Positions 19,225 through 29,492 of a stretch of 64,000 nt of DNA are shown here, piece after piece. Made by a program: the position numbers and the translations under genes. Each line of letters starts with the position of its first letter. The first letter of the stretch is position 1. The notes below the pieces were generated by a model, which was not told the origin of the DNA, searched no databases, and saw nothing but the letters and a program-made list of their open reading frames with translations. Origin of the DNA: a virus; IMG/VR virus record IMGVR_UViG_3300047472_000155, positions 1 through 64,000 of that record, one strand, 5' to 3'.

Positions 19225-20226
19225 TTAAGACAGTGTATATTCGCCATAAGCGTTGTTGAACACTACCGCAATACCATACCGAGTGATGAAGGTATGTTCC
19301 ATGCTCATGTCCATAGCGCCTTCTGTTCTTTCTTCGATGATAGACTCACCTTCACGAACTACTTTGACTGGCTTAGTGTTTGCAGGAAGAACCAGCAACT
19401 TAGTGTCGTCAAGAGTGAATGTGAATGTGTTAGGAATGAACACTTGAGGAATCTCAAGCAGTTGGCATCCTTCATAAACATTGAGAATTCCGTTTTGGTT
19501 AAGTCTATTCTTCATGTCTTCACTCACAAGGAATGATTGAGCTGAATAAGACGCACCAATTTTCTTCAATGCATTACGAGTACCAGCGATAATTACAGGT
19601 GCGTGACCATTCGCAGTACTTACTTTCTGAATAAGATCACTGATCTTAGTGTCATCAAACGTACCAGTTTTCTTGAATTCTGCAGGCAGATACTGAGAAG
19701 CACCCATGAATGAAGCATAAACATCAGCAGCAATCTTAAGACGCATTGCTTCATCAATTTTAGCTACAAGACCAGCCCAATCAAGACGACCTGTGATGAA
19801 ACGAAGGAAATCTCCGTATACTTTCGCACCGTAAACCTTAGTTGTAACGGAGAATGATTCACCAATGTTTAATTTCTGTCTACGAAGATTCAAGTGACCA
19901 TCAGCAATTTCACTAATTGTCAATACTGAACGATCTTCAACGTAGAAAACATTATCATCTCCAAGATTGATATCACGATATTCAACAAACTGATCGAAGA
20001 ACTGTGTGCTTGTAACCCCATCAGTGATAAGGTCATCTAAAACTACTTCCAGAATTTCGAAAATCTCAGGCTTGAATTTACGATATGTTTTAAAATCAAT
20101 TTTTTCAGTACCCAGCATTTCCATGAACTTAGCACGAATAGCGTCTGACGCTTGACCTGTGCTGAACTTAGTTCCTACATCTCCACGTGCAGCATCAATG
20201 CATAATTTAACAAGATTTGTATCCAT
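19225..20226 (-). CDS. Major capsid protein
   Basis: 333 aa after protease and decoration genes; strong RBS; followed by hairpin; SPbeta-type gene order. Confidence 0.8.
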   Translation of the reverse strand: MDTNLVKLCIDAARGDVGTKFSTGQASDAIRAKFMEMLGTEKIDFKTYRKFKPEIFEILEVVLDDLITDGVTSTQFFDQFVEYRDINLGDDNVFYVEDRSVLTISEIADGHLNLRRQKLNIGESFSVTTKVYGAKVYGDFLRFITGRLDWAGLVAKIDEAMRLKIAADVYASFMGASQYLPAEFKKTGTFDDTKISDLIQKVSTANGHAPVIIAGTRNALKKIGASYSAQSFLVSEDMKNRLNQNGILNVYEGCQLLEIPQVFIPNTFTFTLDDTKLLVLPANTKPVKVVREGESIIEERTEGAMDMSMEHTFITRYGIAVVFNNAYGEYTLS

Positions 20227-20257
20227 TTATTATAAACCTCCTATATTTTTTATTTGA

Positions 20258-20788
20258 TTAGTTCTTAACGACTTCAATAACAACATACTTATTGATACGA
20301 GCAATAGTTCCAGCCTGACCAATAACAGTGCTTGTGCCAAGTGTTTCTACTGCGATAATTTTACCTACGAAAGCCTCAGTAGTAACAGCAGCAACTTCTT
20401 TAAGCTTGAATCCTGCTTGAGCAACAACATAATTGCCAACTACTGGATCTGTTCCAATAAGTGTCAAACCATCATAAGTAACACTAAAGATGTCAGCGCG
20501 TTCCAAGTGATATGCACGAATTGCTTTGCCAGCTTCATTTGTGAAGTTTTCAAGAGCATTATCTGTTCTTACATATTCACTCTTCACAATTTCTGGAGCA
20601 GCAATAAGAACGAGTGCTCCTGCACCTGCTGTTGGTGTTACTGCGGTTCTAAGATCACGATTGCCATTCTTAAGACCACCAACTTGTGCCACCCATCCAT
20701 TCTGTAATTCAGCAGTATGTACGATAGACTCAATGTGACCATTATAGATTGACTTTACTCTGTCCAAACGAACGATTGATTTTGCCAT
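20258..20788 (-). CDS. Capsid decoration / minor head protein
   Basis: 176 aa Ala/Val/Gly-rich between protease and capsid. Confidence 0.6.
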   Translation of the reverse strand: MAKSIVRLDRVKSIYNGHIESIVHTAELQNGWVAQVGGLKNGNRDLRTAVTPTAGAGALVLIAAPEIVKSEYVRTDNALENFTNEAGKAIRAYHLERADIFSVTYDGLTLIGTDPVVGNYVVAQAGFKLKEVAAVTTEAFVGKIIAVETLGTSTVIGQAGTIARINKYVVIEVVKN

Positions 20789-20818
20789 TTTAATATTTCC
20801 TCCTTGAAATTAATTTAA

Positions 20819-22129
20819 TTAAGACTTAGCAAAATTGCTAAGAATGCCACCGTAATTGTCGTCTTCTTGTTCATCTTTGTGAACAATAATCTTATTTACT
20901 TCTTTGGTTTTTTCTTTTTTAGAGAAATTCTTTTTGCCAACCAAAGCAAACAACTTGAATTCAATTTCTTCTAATGTGAACTGTGAAGATTCGGATTTTA
21001 CTGATTCAATATCTTCTTTCGACAATTGTTCTGAGAAACTTTCAAAAATTGCGTTTTCTGCATTAACTCTTTCTTCCGCAACTTTAGTTTCTTTGAAACT
21101 ACGAAGTTCAGATACTTCTTCATTCAATGTTTGGAAGTCACCATCTACTTGATCCTTTTCATTTTTCAATGTGTCAAAGTCAGCTTTAAGAGATTCAAAA
21201 TCACCCTTAACCGTGTCTAATTCACTTGTAAGTGAAGTAATTTTATCAGTAAATTGGTTCGTTACCTCTAATCCTTTTTCTGTTGTTGCAACCTCTAAAG
21301 CGATTGAAAATACCTTCGCTTCCAAATCAATTTCTGATGTGAAGTCTCCAATAACAATTTGTGCTTCGATTCCTTTGTCAGATAAACCATACTTAGACAA
21401 AAGTTCAAGAAGTTTTTCATTCATATTTTTATCCTCCTTACTCGATTTATTTGTATCATCCACTAGGGATTCTTGATACCTAGAAAAAGCAATTTTTAAC
21501 TCTTCCATTTTTTCTTGTATTTGCAACTGGAATGATTCTTGTGAGAATGAGAATTCTTTTTCAATAGAAGCTGAATTCATACCAGGCATTACATTAGAAC
21601 CTAATATACATGCTCCGAAAAATTTGAAATCTGTGAAATGGAATAATTGAGTATCGTCATTCCAATATCCTTTAAAGTCTTTGTGCAATTCCATGCTTTG
21701 GCTTTTAACTAAATCACGATCCATGATTTCAGTTGGAATGTCCCATTTCTGCCAAAGTAAACCTTCACATGTAAGATACTCTCTCTCTACTCCATCATCA
21801 CCAACACGCAATTCAAACTGTGCATTGTTATCTTCTGGAATAGTGCCATACGCTTGACCTATGTATTTTTCTTCAAATTTCCCATTTTTTCGTGTGAGAA
21901 TAATTCTATGATCAGAATAATCTTCTTCATTTCCATTGCTTTCAATAAATCCAAGTATAGGAGTATTAGCTAAAGTCGGAATTGCTTTGATTACATTCTC
22001 TTTTTCAAAAGAACTGCCATTGTAATTCTCTCCTAAATGCATAAGCCATATCTTAACACGCATAAACCTGTCATCTACTTCTTGTATCTTCTGGAATATA
22101 ACAGGAATATTTGTATTAACTACCTTCAT
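20819..22129 (-). CDS. Prohead protease-scaffold protein
   Basis: N-terminal HLGENYNGS, SQSMEL, FGACILG; acidic coiled-coil C-terminal half. Confidence 0.75.
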   Translation of the reverse strand: MKVVNTNIPVIFQKIQEVDDRFMRVKIWLMHLGENYNGSSFEKENVIKAIPTLANTPILGFIESNGNEEDYSDHRIILTRKNGKFEEKYIGQAYGTIPEDNNAQFELRVGDDGVEREYLTCEGLLWQKWDIPTEIMDRDLVKSQSMELHKDFKGYWNDDTQLFHFTDFKFFGACILGSNVMPGMNSASIEKEFSFSQESFQLQIQEKMEELKIAFSRYQESLVDDTNKSSKEDKNMNEKLLELLSKYGLSDKGIEAQIVIGDFTSEIDLEAKVFSIALEVATTEKGLEVTNQFTDKITSLTSELDTVKGDFESLKADFDTLKNEKDQVDGDFQTLNEEVSELRSFKETKVAEERVNAENAIFESFSEQLSKEDIESVKSESSQFTLEEIEFKLFALVGKKNFSKKEKTKEVNKIIVHKDEQEDDNYGGILSNFAKS

Positions 22130-22158
22130 TTTCTCACCACCTTTCTCAATTACAACAA

Positions 22159-23607
22159 TTATCTGTCTCTATTCTTGTCGCCCTCAGTAGTAAGACCTTT
22201 CTTCGTAGGCGCTCCACCCTCATCATCACTAGATAATGTGTGAGCCGTTTGTAAAGGAACAAACTTGTCAACAAGTCCAAGTACTTCATTTTCAAGGAAC
22301 GTCATACCTATAACTGACATAGGCGAATAACCCAATGCTCCTAGTGCCATCATTTTTGTTGGCATACCATCTTCCGCTGCACTCTTTGCTGCTTCATATA
22401 CATCCATGTGATTATTCTCAGTAGTATTCAACATTCTTATTTTAAACATTGTCTTAGCTGTCAATAATTTCAATCTACGATTTATCCATCTTTCAATTTG
22501 TCTCAACACATTGAAAGCAATTGTTTCATCGTTTTTTATTGAAGCTTCTAATCCAGCACTACCATTTATTCCATCGAATAAACTAACACCAGTATCAAGC
22601 CAATATTCAGAAGTTGATTTTTGAACATTGTCAGAATCAACAGAATCTTTCTCGAAGTTGATATCAGTGATGTCCATTGGAGTAGTTATTAATGCAACTT
22701 GAGCTGGTAAGGCTTCTGCTGCTTTATTGTGGAACATCATCATATTGTCAAAGTCTATCATGAAGTCATTATTATCTTCACTGTCTTCACGAATAGGAAG
22801 CTTTTGAATTAAAACTTTGTAGTTTTGTATCTCTTGCTTATCTTTTCTCAAAGCCTTGAAATCTGATATGTCAAACAATCCTTCAAACACCGCTGAAAAT
22901 GGTGGAATATTGTAGTCCAAATCCTCATTTACCTTTATGCATATTGTCATCTTAGAATCCAATTCTTGCCATTTCAAAGTATTATCATTTTTATACTTAT
23001 TGTATTTTGACTTGAACTCTTTTGGGAATGTATCAAGCTTATTTAAATCATTAGAGAAATATGAAAAATCATATGCAAAATTGTAACATCCATCTTCGAT
23101 ACTTGAAATCATACAATAGTCAGGATTTAATTTTTGAATGAAATATGAATCATCCTTGTAATGCTCATAGCCAAAGAAAACGTCTTCACGGAAAGCAACA
23201 TTCAATATTTTAGCAAATTCATGCTTTATATTCATTGATTCCAAAAAGAAAACAGTTCTAAAATATTGAAGCAGAAAAGTTGACTTATTAACCTTTGACG
23301 GATCAATATTGTATGGCTCTACAACATAATCAAGTGTAAGCATTCTTGAAAAATACTGAATCAATCTTTTGTATTGATGACTTTTGCTATACAATGCGAT
23401 ACTAATATCACGTAATTGCTTTTCATTTTTTGAAGGATTTTCAATATATGAAGCAACTTCTTCTCTTGTGTAGTTCTTAACAGCCTTAGTTTCATTTCTG
23501 ATTCTCTTTAAATCTTTAAGCATCATTTGATTCAAAGCTGTCGCAAAGTTTATAGCTGTTACAGCACTTTTTCTACCTACTACTTCTTTTACAGTGTCTT
23601 CGCTCAA
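22159..23607 (-). CDS. Portal protein
   Basis: 482 aa between terminase and protease. Confidence 0.75.
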   Translation of the reverse strand: MSEDTVKEVVGRKSAVTAINFATALNQMMLKDLKRIRNETKAVKNYTREEVASYIENPSKNEKQLRDISIALYSKSHQYKRLIQYFSRMLTLDYVVEPYNIDPSKVNKSTFLLQYFRTVFFLESMNIKHEFAKILNVAFREDVFFGYEHYKDDSYFIQKLNPDYCMISSIEDGCYNFAYDFSYFSNDLNKLDTFPKEFKSKYNKYKNDNTLKWQELDSKMTICIKVNEDLDYNIPPFSAVFEGLFDISDFKALRKDKQEIQNYKVLIQKLPIREDSEDNNDFMIDFDNMMMFHNKAAEALPAQVALITTPMDITDINFEKDSVDSDNVQKSTSEYWLDTGVSLFDGINGSAGLEASIKNDETIAFNVLRQIERWINRRLKLLTAKTMFKIRMLNTTENNHMDVYEAAKSAAEDGMPTKMMALGALGYSPMSVIGMTFLENEVLGLVDKFVPLQTAHTLSSDDEGGAPTKKGLTTEGDKNRDR

Positions 23608-23621
23608 TTTAATATCACCTC

Positions 23622-25388
23622 TTATCTTCTATATCTTGTGGTGGGAACTTTTACCGCAAAGAATTGGGAAACATCTATTTTTTCCTTTTTGCGTCTTTGA
23701 TTTTTCATTTCAAGAGTATAAATGTAATAAAGTCCATATTCGAAAGCTGAAAATTTATCCTTATTGATTGATCTTGAAATTTGCTTTATCTTTGTTTTGT
23801 TACCTTCTTGCTTGTGTTCAAGATTCATTATCTCTTCACAAAGTAGGTCGCACATAACATAGGGCATCAAATCTTTACTTAATTGTTCTGAATTTGATTC
23901 TGTATCTTTCTTCTTTTTTCTTGTTTTTGAAACAAGTGAAAGTTCTGATTTTGCTTCTGATTCGGATTGAAGTATTTTAACTTTCTTATTGGTAATCATG
24001 TTTACAAATACGTTATGAATGTCACTTGCGCTATTTTCTTTCGTATTTGAACTCAATGCATATACCATAGGAATGCTATTTTCCGTCTTGTATTTATCGA
24101 ATCTATCGTCATTAATAACAGAATAGGAAGGATTTTCATCACATTCAGTAACAAGAACGTCTACCAAGCCTTTACCAGGACCATTGCTATCTACAATCAA
24201 CATACTTGCTTTAAACTCATTCACCTTTTTCTTTAAGAAAATAGCTTGAGTTAAGAAGTGTGTTCCTTCAAAACTATATAGATTAACCAGATGCTTCTGA
24301 TACGTACCGTCACCGCGAGGTATAATTTTTATAACAACTAACGCACAATTTGCGTTCTGACTACCTTCACTACGTGCTACGTCATAGGCTAAGATGTATT
24401 CAACATTCTTTTCACCGCTATGTCTATGTTCCGCTTTCGATATTGTGCGGCATTCTTGCAAGTCTTCCAATTGAACCAATGAGTTATCACTTGTTCCTGT
24501 CCAAATACTTTCGTACTCTCTTGCAAAAGACAATGGATTGAATGTAGGTCTATTCTTAAGGTCATTGATGAACGTTTCACTTAATTGCTCATGCATACAA
24601 GCTAATTCGAAACCAGCACCTAAATTGAAAGCACTTTTACCTTGAGCCATTTCACCTAAAATTTCTTTCATTTTTTCAAATGCGAAACTTTGTCTTGTGC
24701 CACTTGTAGTAATATACCATTCAAACTTATGTATTTCATTTGCATCTTTCTTTCCTTGGAAAGAACTTAATCTATCATTTGCCATACGTGGAATAATAGC
24801 TTCATTCAAGATGTCTTTTTTCATCTTGTCATCAACAATTTCCTCAATTGCTCCACCATTATTACGTCCACCACGTGCACGTTCAGATACTGGAACTACC
24901 TCTAACTTTGAACCGTTGTGAAACTTCAACTCAGTATAATCATTTTGAAACCATTTCTCTTTTATCTCATCTTTAAGCACTGGAAAGAAACTCCAAATTT
25001 TTTCAATATTAGCTTGACTAATATCTGCAGCTTGTGCTTTCCCAGGTGCACATATGAATAACTCCGTTCCAGGATACATTATGCACTTTAGATATAGTGC
25101 TAAAATCTGTGTAAATGACTTTGCTGTACCACGTGTAAATGTAAAATAAACTTTTTGATATCTAAACAATACACGAAGCATTATTCTTTGATAAAAATAA
25201 AGGTCAATCTTACAATCGGAAGGTCTTATGAAATCAATGAATTTGTCTGGATAAAGTCTCCAATATTCGCAATACTTTCTCCAATCTACTTTCACCTCTT
25301 GGAATGATCTAATATTCGCAATTTTCTTGGTGAAATCATTGTCACTATCATCTTCTGGTCGCTTGTAATTCAATCCTTTTACAGCCAT
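23622..25388 (-). CDS. Terminase large subunit
   Basis: Variant Walker A TRGTAKSF, Walker B GAIEE, coupling motif ITTSG, nuclease LAYDVA and KDKFSA. Confidence 0.9.
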   Translation of the reverse strand: MAVKGLNYKRPEDDSDNDFTKKIANIRSFQEVKVDWRKYCEYWRLYPDKFIDFIRPSDCKIDLYFYQRIMLRVLFRYQKVYFTFTRGTAKSFTQILALYLKCIMYPGTELFICAPGKAQAADISQANIEKIWSFFPVLKDEIKEKWFQNDYTELKFHNGSKLEVVPVSERARGGRNNGGAIEEIVDDKMKKDILNEAIIPRMANDRLSSFQGKKDANEIHKFEWYITTSGTRQSFAFEKMKEILGEMAQGKSAFNLGAGFELACMHEQLSETFINDLKNRPTFNPLSFAREYESIWTGTSDNSLVQLEDLQECRTISKAEHRHSGEKNVEYILAYDVARSEGSQNANCALVVIKIIPRGDGTYQKHLVNLYSFEGTHFLTQAIFLKKKVNEFKASMLIVDSNGPGKGLVDVLVTECDENPSYSVINDDRFDKYKTENSIPMVYALSSNTKENSASDIHNVFVNMITNKKVKILQSESEAKSELSLVSKTRKKKKDTESNSEQLSKDLMPYVMCDLLCEEIMNLEHKQEGNKTKIKQISRSINKDKFSAFEYGLYYIYTLEMKNQRRKKEKIDVSQFFAVKVPTTRYRR

Positions 25389-25390
25389 TA

Positions 25391-26254
25391 TTATTCAACT
25401 CCTTCATCATCATAAGGAGCATCCTCTGGAACCTCGATTAATTGTTCCATATTAAATAATTTTCGTTGATAATTCAACATATATATAATTGTTTTATCAA
25501 CTATGTCCTGTGGAAATTTAAGGGGATCAGATATGATAAAACCGTCGCGCTCTACTTCCTCAAAGATAGTTGAAAAACTTCTTATTCCAGCAGATTCGCT
25601 TCCAGACTTCTTATCAATTGGTCTGAATCCTGAATTCTTCTGAATCGTATCAAATTCCTTATTTAACAACTGGAATGTCTTAGTATCATTTTCTTCTAAT
25701 GCTCTATCAATAAGTACTGCTACTTTGCAATAATTTTTCAATTGCTTTTTATGCTGAGGTGTAGAAATATCATTTGCTCTATCCATTTCGTCCCATAGAT
25801 TTTCTAATTCATAATACTCTTTATTAGAAAAGCTTGTTCCCCATTTGCGCAATACATCAATAGTTGGCTTGTCATAAATATCATCTTCTGTTAGCATGTC
25901 GTTGTTGTATTTATATAATTTAGTATCTACTACAGAATGTTCATCTGAAATTCCATCTTCATATCCAAGTTTACTATGTTGCATCAACCCCGAAATCTTT
26001 CGCAAATACCAGCCAAAAGGTTCTTTACCAGAGTCTAAGCATGATTGCCATTCTTTTTCAATAAATGGTTTGTCAATTTGACGAAGCATTTTTTTAACAG
26101 AATCAACACTTGCAACATCTACATTCTTTAATACACATGCTTTGCATAAAGACACTCTTCCATCTGGAAACAATGGACTATTTGAAGCATAAAACCCAGT
26201 AGAAATTGTTTTTAATTTCTTGCATTCTGTGCACTTCTTTTTTTCATTTGCCAT
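25391..26254 (-). CDS. Zn-finger protein, probable terminase small subunit
   Basis: CTECKK...LCKAC; immediately upstream of terL. Confidence 0.55.
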   Translation of the reverse strand: MANEKKKCTECKKLKTISTGFYASNSPLFPDGRVSLCKACVLKNVDVASVDSVKKMLRQIDKPFIEKEWQSCLDSGKEPFGWYLRKISGLMQHSKLGYEDGISDEHSVVDTKLYKYNNDMLTEDDIYDKPTIDVLRKWGTSFSNKEYYELENLWDEMDRANDISTPQHKKQLKNYCKVAVLIDRALEENDTKTFQLLNKEFDTIQKNSGFRPIDKKSGSESAGIRSFSTIFEEVERDGFIISDPLKFPQDIVDKTIIYMLNYQRKLFNMEQLIEVPEDAPYDDEGVE

Positions 26255-26328
26255 AAAAAATTCTCCTTGTTTATATGAAGAGAACTTTATATAAAGCCTA
26301 ATTTACTTAGACTCTATTAAAACTCTCT

Positions 26329-26520
26329 TCATTTTGTATTTAACATGAAATTTAATGTGTGCTTATCTTGTTCAATTCTTTCTTTTAGTGCGGTAGAGAA
26401 TCCATGAAGATATCCTTCATTAAAAAGAATGAATAAAACTTCTTCAACTTCTTCATCTGTTTTAGCTTTATATATTTCCTCTAAATAACGAGTAGTCAAC
26501 TCTTGAATAGTTTCTTCCAT
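26329..26520 (-). CDS. Hypothetical protein
   Basis: 63 aa with RBS AGGAGA. Confidence 0.6.
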   Translation of the reverse strand: MEETIQELTTRYLEEIYKAKTDEEVEEVLFILFNEGYLHGFSTALKERIEQDKHTLNFMLNTK

Positions 26521-26532
26521 ATCTTCATCTCC

Positions 26533-27801
26533 TTACACTATTTGCAAATCTACTTTCAATGGAATAAGTTCTCCTTCACCATTAACAACCAACATCATTT
26601 GAGATGCATTAGTTGCCGCTGAGAAGTGTTTTCCATAATCATTTCTACCAGACATACATCCAACACCAATAGCTAATCTTCCATGATCAGAATCTTCAAC
26701 ATGGTAATGATGCAAATGACCATACACAAGACAATCGAAGAAATCATTTTGCATTGATATATAGCCTTTCATTTTATCTTTCTTGTTGCCACTGTCTAAA
26801 TGACCATGAACAAGCTTGATCTTCTTTCCATTGGCTTCAATATTCATTTCAGTAGCTCCATCTTCTGTTGGAATGTACTTAAGACGATCCGAGTTAATGA
26901 ATTGAATTGCCGTTCTTATATTGTAGTTGATAATAACATTAGCGTTATCATCATCAAAATTTAAATCTTTGTCACCTTGTAATCTATCATGATTACCAGC
27001 AATACCACTGTATTCAATGTCAAACACTTCCGACAAACCAATTAGGAACTCAATAATAAGTTCACTGGCTTTAAGAATTTGTTGCGCCAATCCGAATTCT
27101 GCATTTCTACTCTGCTTTGCTCTCATGTAAAGATGCTCTATAAAGTCTCCTAATCCAGCGACACTTACTGTTTCCACTTGATACATAAGGCAATTCTTTA
27201 TAACTTTCTTGAGATACAATTGCATTCTCTTTTTTGCAATTTCATAATTATATGAATTACCATATACATCATTTATTACTTCTCCAACGTGAATGTCAGT
27301 CAAGATGATAATTGCTTTATTCTTAGAATAATATCTTCCTTCATTATATGGGTCATATTTTTTTGGAAGAGTAACTTTGAAATTATTAAATTCTTTAACG
27401 ACTTCTTCCGCAACTACCTTGCTAAGATGAAAATCTCTTTTGAATTTATTGATTTCTGCAAGAGCCAATTGATTGTCCCTTTTTTCACTGTAAAGCTCAC
27501 CAAGTAAGTTGTTTAAAGATTCCAATTTGTTATCTTTAACCACACCCACGTGCTTAGATAAAGGTGTAAGTAAACCAACTTGTCTTTGATAATCTTTAAC
27601 AAGGATACGATATCCTTCATTCGTGTCAGAATTTTCAAATCCTTCTTCCTCCATCATTTTCTTATGTTTCTTCCAATCACACCGTAAGGATGGAGACATT
27701 TTTTGAAGCTCTATCTTAAGCGTTACCGCTGTGTCAAGATGTTCCTGTGTAACTTCAACAATTAACCCCTCTTTGTTGGTGTAGAATCTATTTTTGCTCA
27801 T
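26533..27801 (-). CDS. Calcineurin-like metallophosphoesterase
   Basis: DIH, GD, GNHD, HGH and GHLH motifs. Confidence 0.85.
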   Translation of the reverse strand: MSKNRFYTNKEGLIVEVTQEHLDTAVTLKIELQKMSPSLRCDWKKHKKMMEEEGFENSDTNEGYRILVKDYQRQVGLLTPLSKHVGVVKDNKLESLNNLLGELYSEKRDNQLALAEINKFKRDFHLSKVVAEEVVKEFNNFKVTLPKKYDPYNEGRYYSKNKAIIILTDIHVGEVINDVYGNSYNYEIAKKRMQLYLKKVIKNCLMYQVETVSVAGLGDFIEHLYMRAKQSRNAEFGLAQQILKASELIIEFLIGLSEVFDIEYSGIAGNHDRLQGDKDLNFDDDNANVIINYNIRTAIQFINSDRLKYIPTEDGATEMNIEANGKKIKLVHGHLDSGNKKDKMKGYISMQNDFFDCLVYGHLHHYHVEDSDHGRLAIGVGCMSGRNDYGKHFSAATNASQMMLVVNGEGELIPLKVDLQIV

Positions 27802-27814
27802 TTACACCAACCTC

Positions 27815-28033
27815 CTATTCTTCCTCTTGATTGTCGTTAACATCAATATCTTCTTCTGCTTGCTTAACAATATCTTCTTCTTTTATTGAAAATGTTACAT
27901 TTTTTCCAACGAATTCTTCCATCAATTCAATTAAATTGTAGAATTCACTAGGTTCATCTTTTTTGCCAAGGACTTCTAATATAAAATTGTCATGAAGTAT
28001 TCCTTTACCAGCGATTGAATGTGCTCTTTTCAT
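27815..28033 (-). CDS. yonK: YonK-family protein
   Basis: KG...Y-x-L...EFVGKNVTFSIKEE resembles SPbeta YonK; same position upstream of a phosphoesterase. Confidence 0.7.
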   Translation of the reverse strand: MKRAHSIAGKGILHDNFILEVLGKKDEPSEFYNLIELMEEFVGKNVTFSIKEEDIVKQAEEDIDVNDNQEEE

Positions 28034-28181
28034 TTAATTTCACCTTTTCCTCATTTAAATTTTTACTCTATGTATTCCTCAGTGTGCCTGAATGCACTTT
28101 AAGACTAAAAAATAAACCTTCCACAAGCAGCCTTTGTGAAAAGCTTATTTTTTAGTCTATCGTCTTCTTCACTACAATCAT

Positions 28182-28210
28182 ATTATACCATTTTATCTGT
28201 CATTTGTCAA
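28182..28210 (-). promoter_or_regulatory. Promoter upstream of packaging/structural operon, with adjacent cre-like box
   Basis: Consensus TTGACA-17-TG-TATAAT; TGTAATCGCTTACA at about 28217-28230. Confidence 0.8.
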
Positions 28211-28456
28211 GTGTTTTGTAATCGCTTACAATAGCTTGTATTTGAATATATTTTAAAATAATAAATAAAAAAATTGCGTCTTATACTCTGTTTACATTTT
28301 TACGTAGGTGAGAAATTTGTACTACTGTCACTTTTTTGGACATTTGTACAAATCTACGTTGTATTCGTTCTCACGCGAACTACTCAATGTAAACATAATA
28401 TAAGACGCAATTCATGTATTGACTTTGGTAGAGTCAATACATATGTTATTTCCCAA

Positions 28457-28528
28457 CGGTTCTTAGGAGAATCGAACTCCTATTTCTGCACTGACAATGC
28501 AGCGTAATAGCCACTATACCAAAGAACC
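28457..28528 (-). tRNA. tRNA-Asp(GTC)
   Basis: Cloverleaf; anticodon arm CTGCA-TTGTCAG-TGCAG. Confidence 0.9.
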
Positions 28529-28533
28529 ATATA

Positions 28534-28605
28534 CGCACCTACCAAGATTCGAACTTGGACTAGAGGATTAGAAGTCCACTGTGATATCCTTTTCACTATA
28601 GGCGC
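28534..28605 (-). tRNA. tRNA-Arg(TCT)
   Basis: Cloverleaf; GTGGA-CTTCTAA-TCCTC. Confidence 0.9.
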
Positions 28606-28611
28606 AAATTA

Positions 28612-28726
28612 AGCGGAAACTAGGAATCGAACCTAGATCATGTTTGGTATCGTGTAAATGGGTGCTGCCGCTACCCACTATACCACGCCCCTGGAGGGGG
28701 ATGTCCTGCCATTAGACGATTTCCGC
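28612..28726 (-). tRNA. Atypical tRNA-Gly-like RNA with ~45-nt extra arm
   Basis: Acceptor GCGGAAA/TTTCCGC plus U73; normal D and T arms; distorted CCCC-CTCCA-GGGG arm; long inserted hairpin. Confidence 0.7.
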
Positions 28727-28731
28727 ATATA

Positions 28732-28806
28732 TACGCAGTGTGAGAATCGAACTCAACCAATAGTGGCATATAAGACCACCTCCACCCACCAGATGGAATA
28801 CTGCGC
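28732..28806 (-). tRNA. tRNA-Ile(TAT)
   Basis: GTGGT-CTTATAT-GCCAC; acceptor GCGCAGT/ACTGCGT, A73. Confidence 0.75.
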
Positions 28807-28816
28807 AAATTTAAAA

Positions 28817-28889
28817 TGGACTCTAGTGGACTTGAACCACTGACCTCTTGCGTTTCAAACAAGCGCTCTACCAACTGAGCTAAAAGTCC
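28817..28889 (-). tRNA. tRNA-Phe(GAA)
   Basis: Cloverleaf; CTTGT-TTGAAAC-GCAAG. Confidence 0.9.
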
Positions 28890-28895
28890 ATAGAA

Positions 28896-28977
28896 TGAGG
28901 GAAATAGGATTCGAACCTACTAAGCCGAAGCAACAGATTTACAGTCTGCCCCAGATCTCCAACTCTGGTGTTCCCCC
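28896..28977 (-). tRNA. tRNA-Tyr(GTA)
   Basis: GCAGA-CTGTAAA-TCTGT with class II variable arm. Confidence 0.9.
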
Positions 28978-29007
28978 GTAGTAGCTGAACAAGTCAGCTA
29001 ATTTTAA

Positions 29008-29292
29008 TCATTTCCAATAATATGTTTTGTACCAATAACGCATTGCTTGATGGAAAGGTCTGTCTTTAATCCATAACCAACGATGTACATCATGTCGATG
29101 TTCCCATCGTTTAAGGAAACTTTTTTTGCTTTGTGTGTACTTAAAATCAGAGATGTCATATGAATTATAAAACTTACGATATGCCTTACCATTTGGAACA
29201 TCTTTACTTCTTCTTACCTTGTGATTGGCAAACTTTTTGCCTCCCACTCTTCGATCCTTTACAATAGGTGTCTTCTTGAAACTTCTACTCAT
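29008..29292 (-). CDS. Basic, aromatic-rich hypothetical protein
   Basis: 94 aa MSRSFKKTP..., RBS AAGGAG; promoter at 29370-29398. Confidence 0.7.
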   Translation of the reverse strand: MSRSFKKTPIVKDRRVGGKKFANHKVRRSKDVPNGKAYRKFYNSYDISDFKYTQSKKSFLKRWEHRHDVHRWLWIKDRPFHQAMRYWYKTYYWK

Positions 29293-29416
29293 ATTCTACA
29301 ACTCCTTTCGGTAATTATAGAACGTTAAATGAAATTTTCATTTCCTCACCTCTTCTTGACTATAATAGTATTATATCATTTTATATTTAATTTGTCAAGC
29401 TTTTTCTTTAATAAAA

Positions 29417-29489
29417 TAGGACTACTGAGATTCGAACTCAGAATGACGGATTAAAAGTCCGCTGTGATAAACCATTTCACCATAATCCC
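29417..29489 (-). tRNA. tRNA-Lys(TTT)
   Basis: GCGGA-CTTTTAA-TCCGT. Confidence 0.9.
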
Positions 29490-29492
29490 ATA

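Noticed and set aside
1545-27507. Numerous plus-strand 60-120 aa ORFs inside structural genes
   Set aside because: Antisense shadows of long minus-strand genes.
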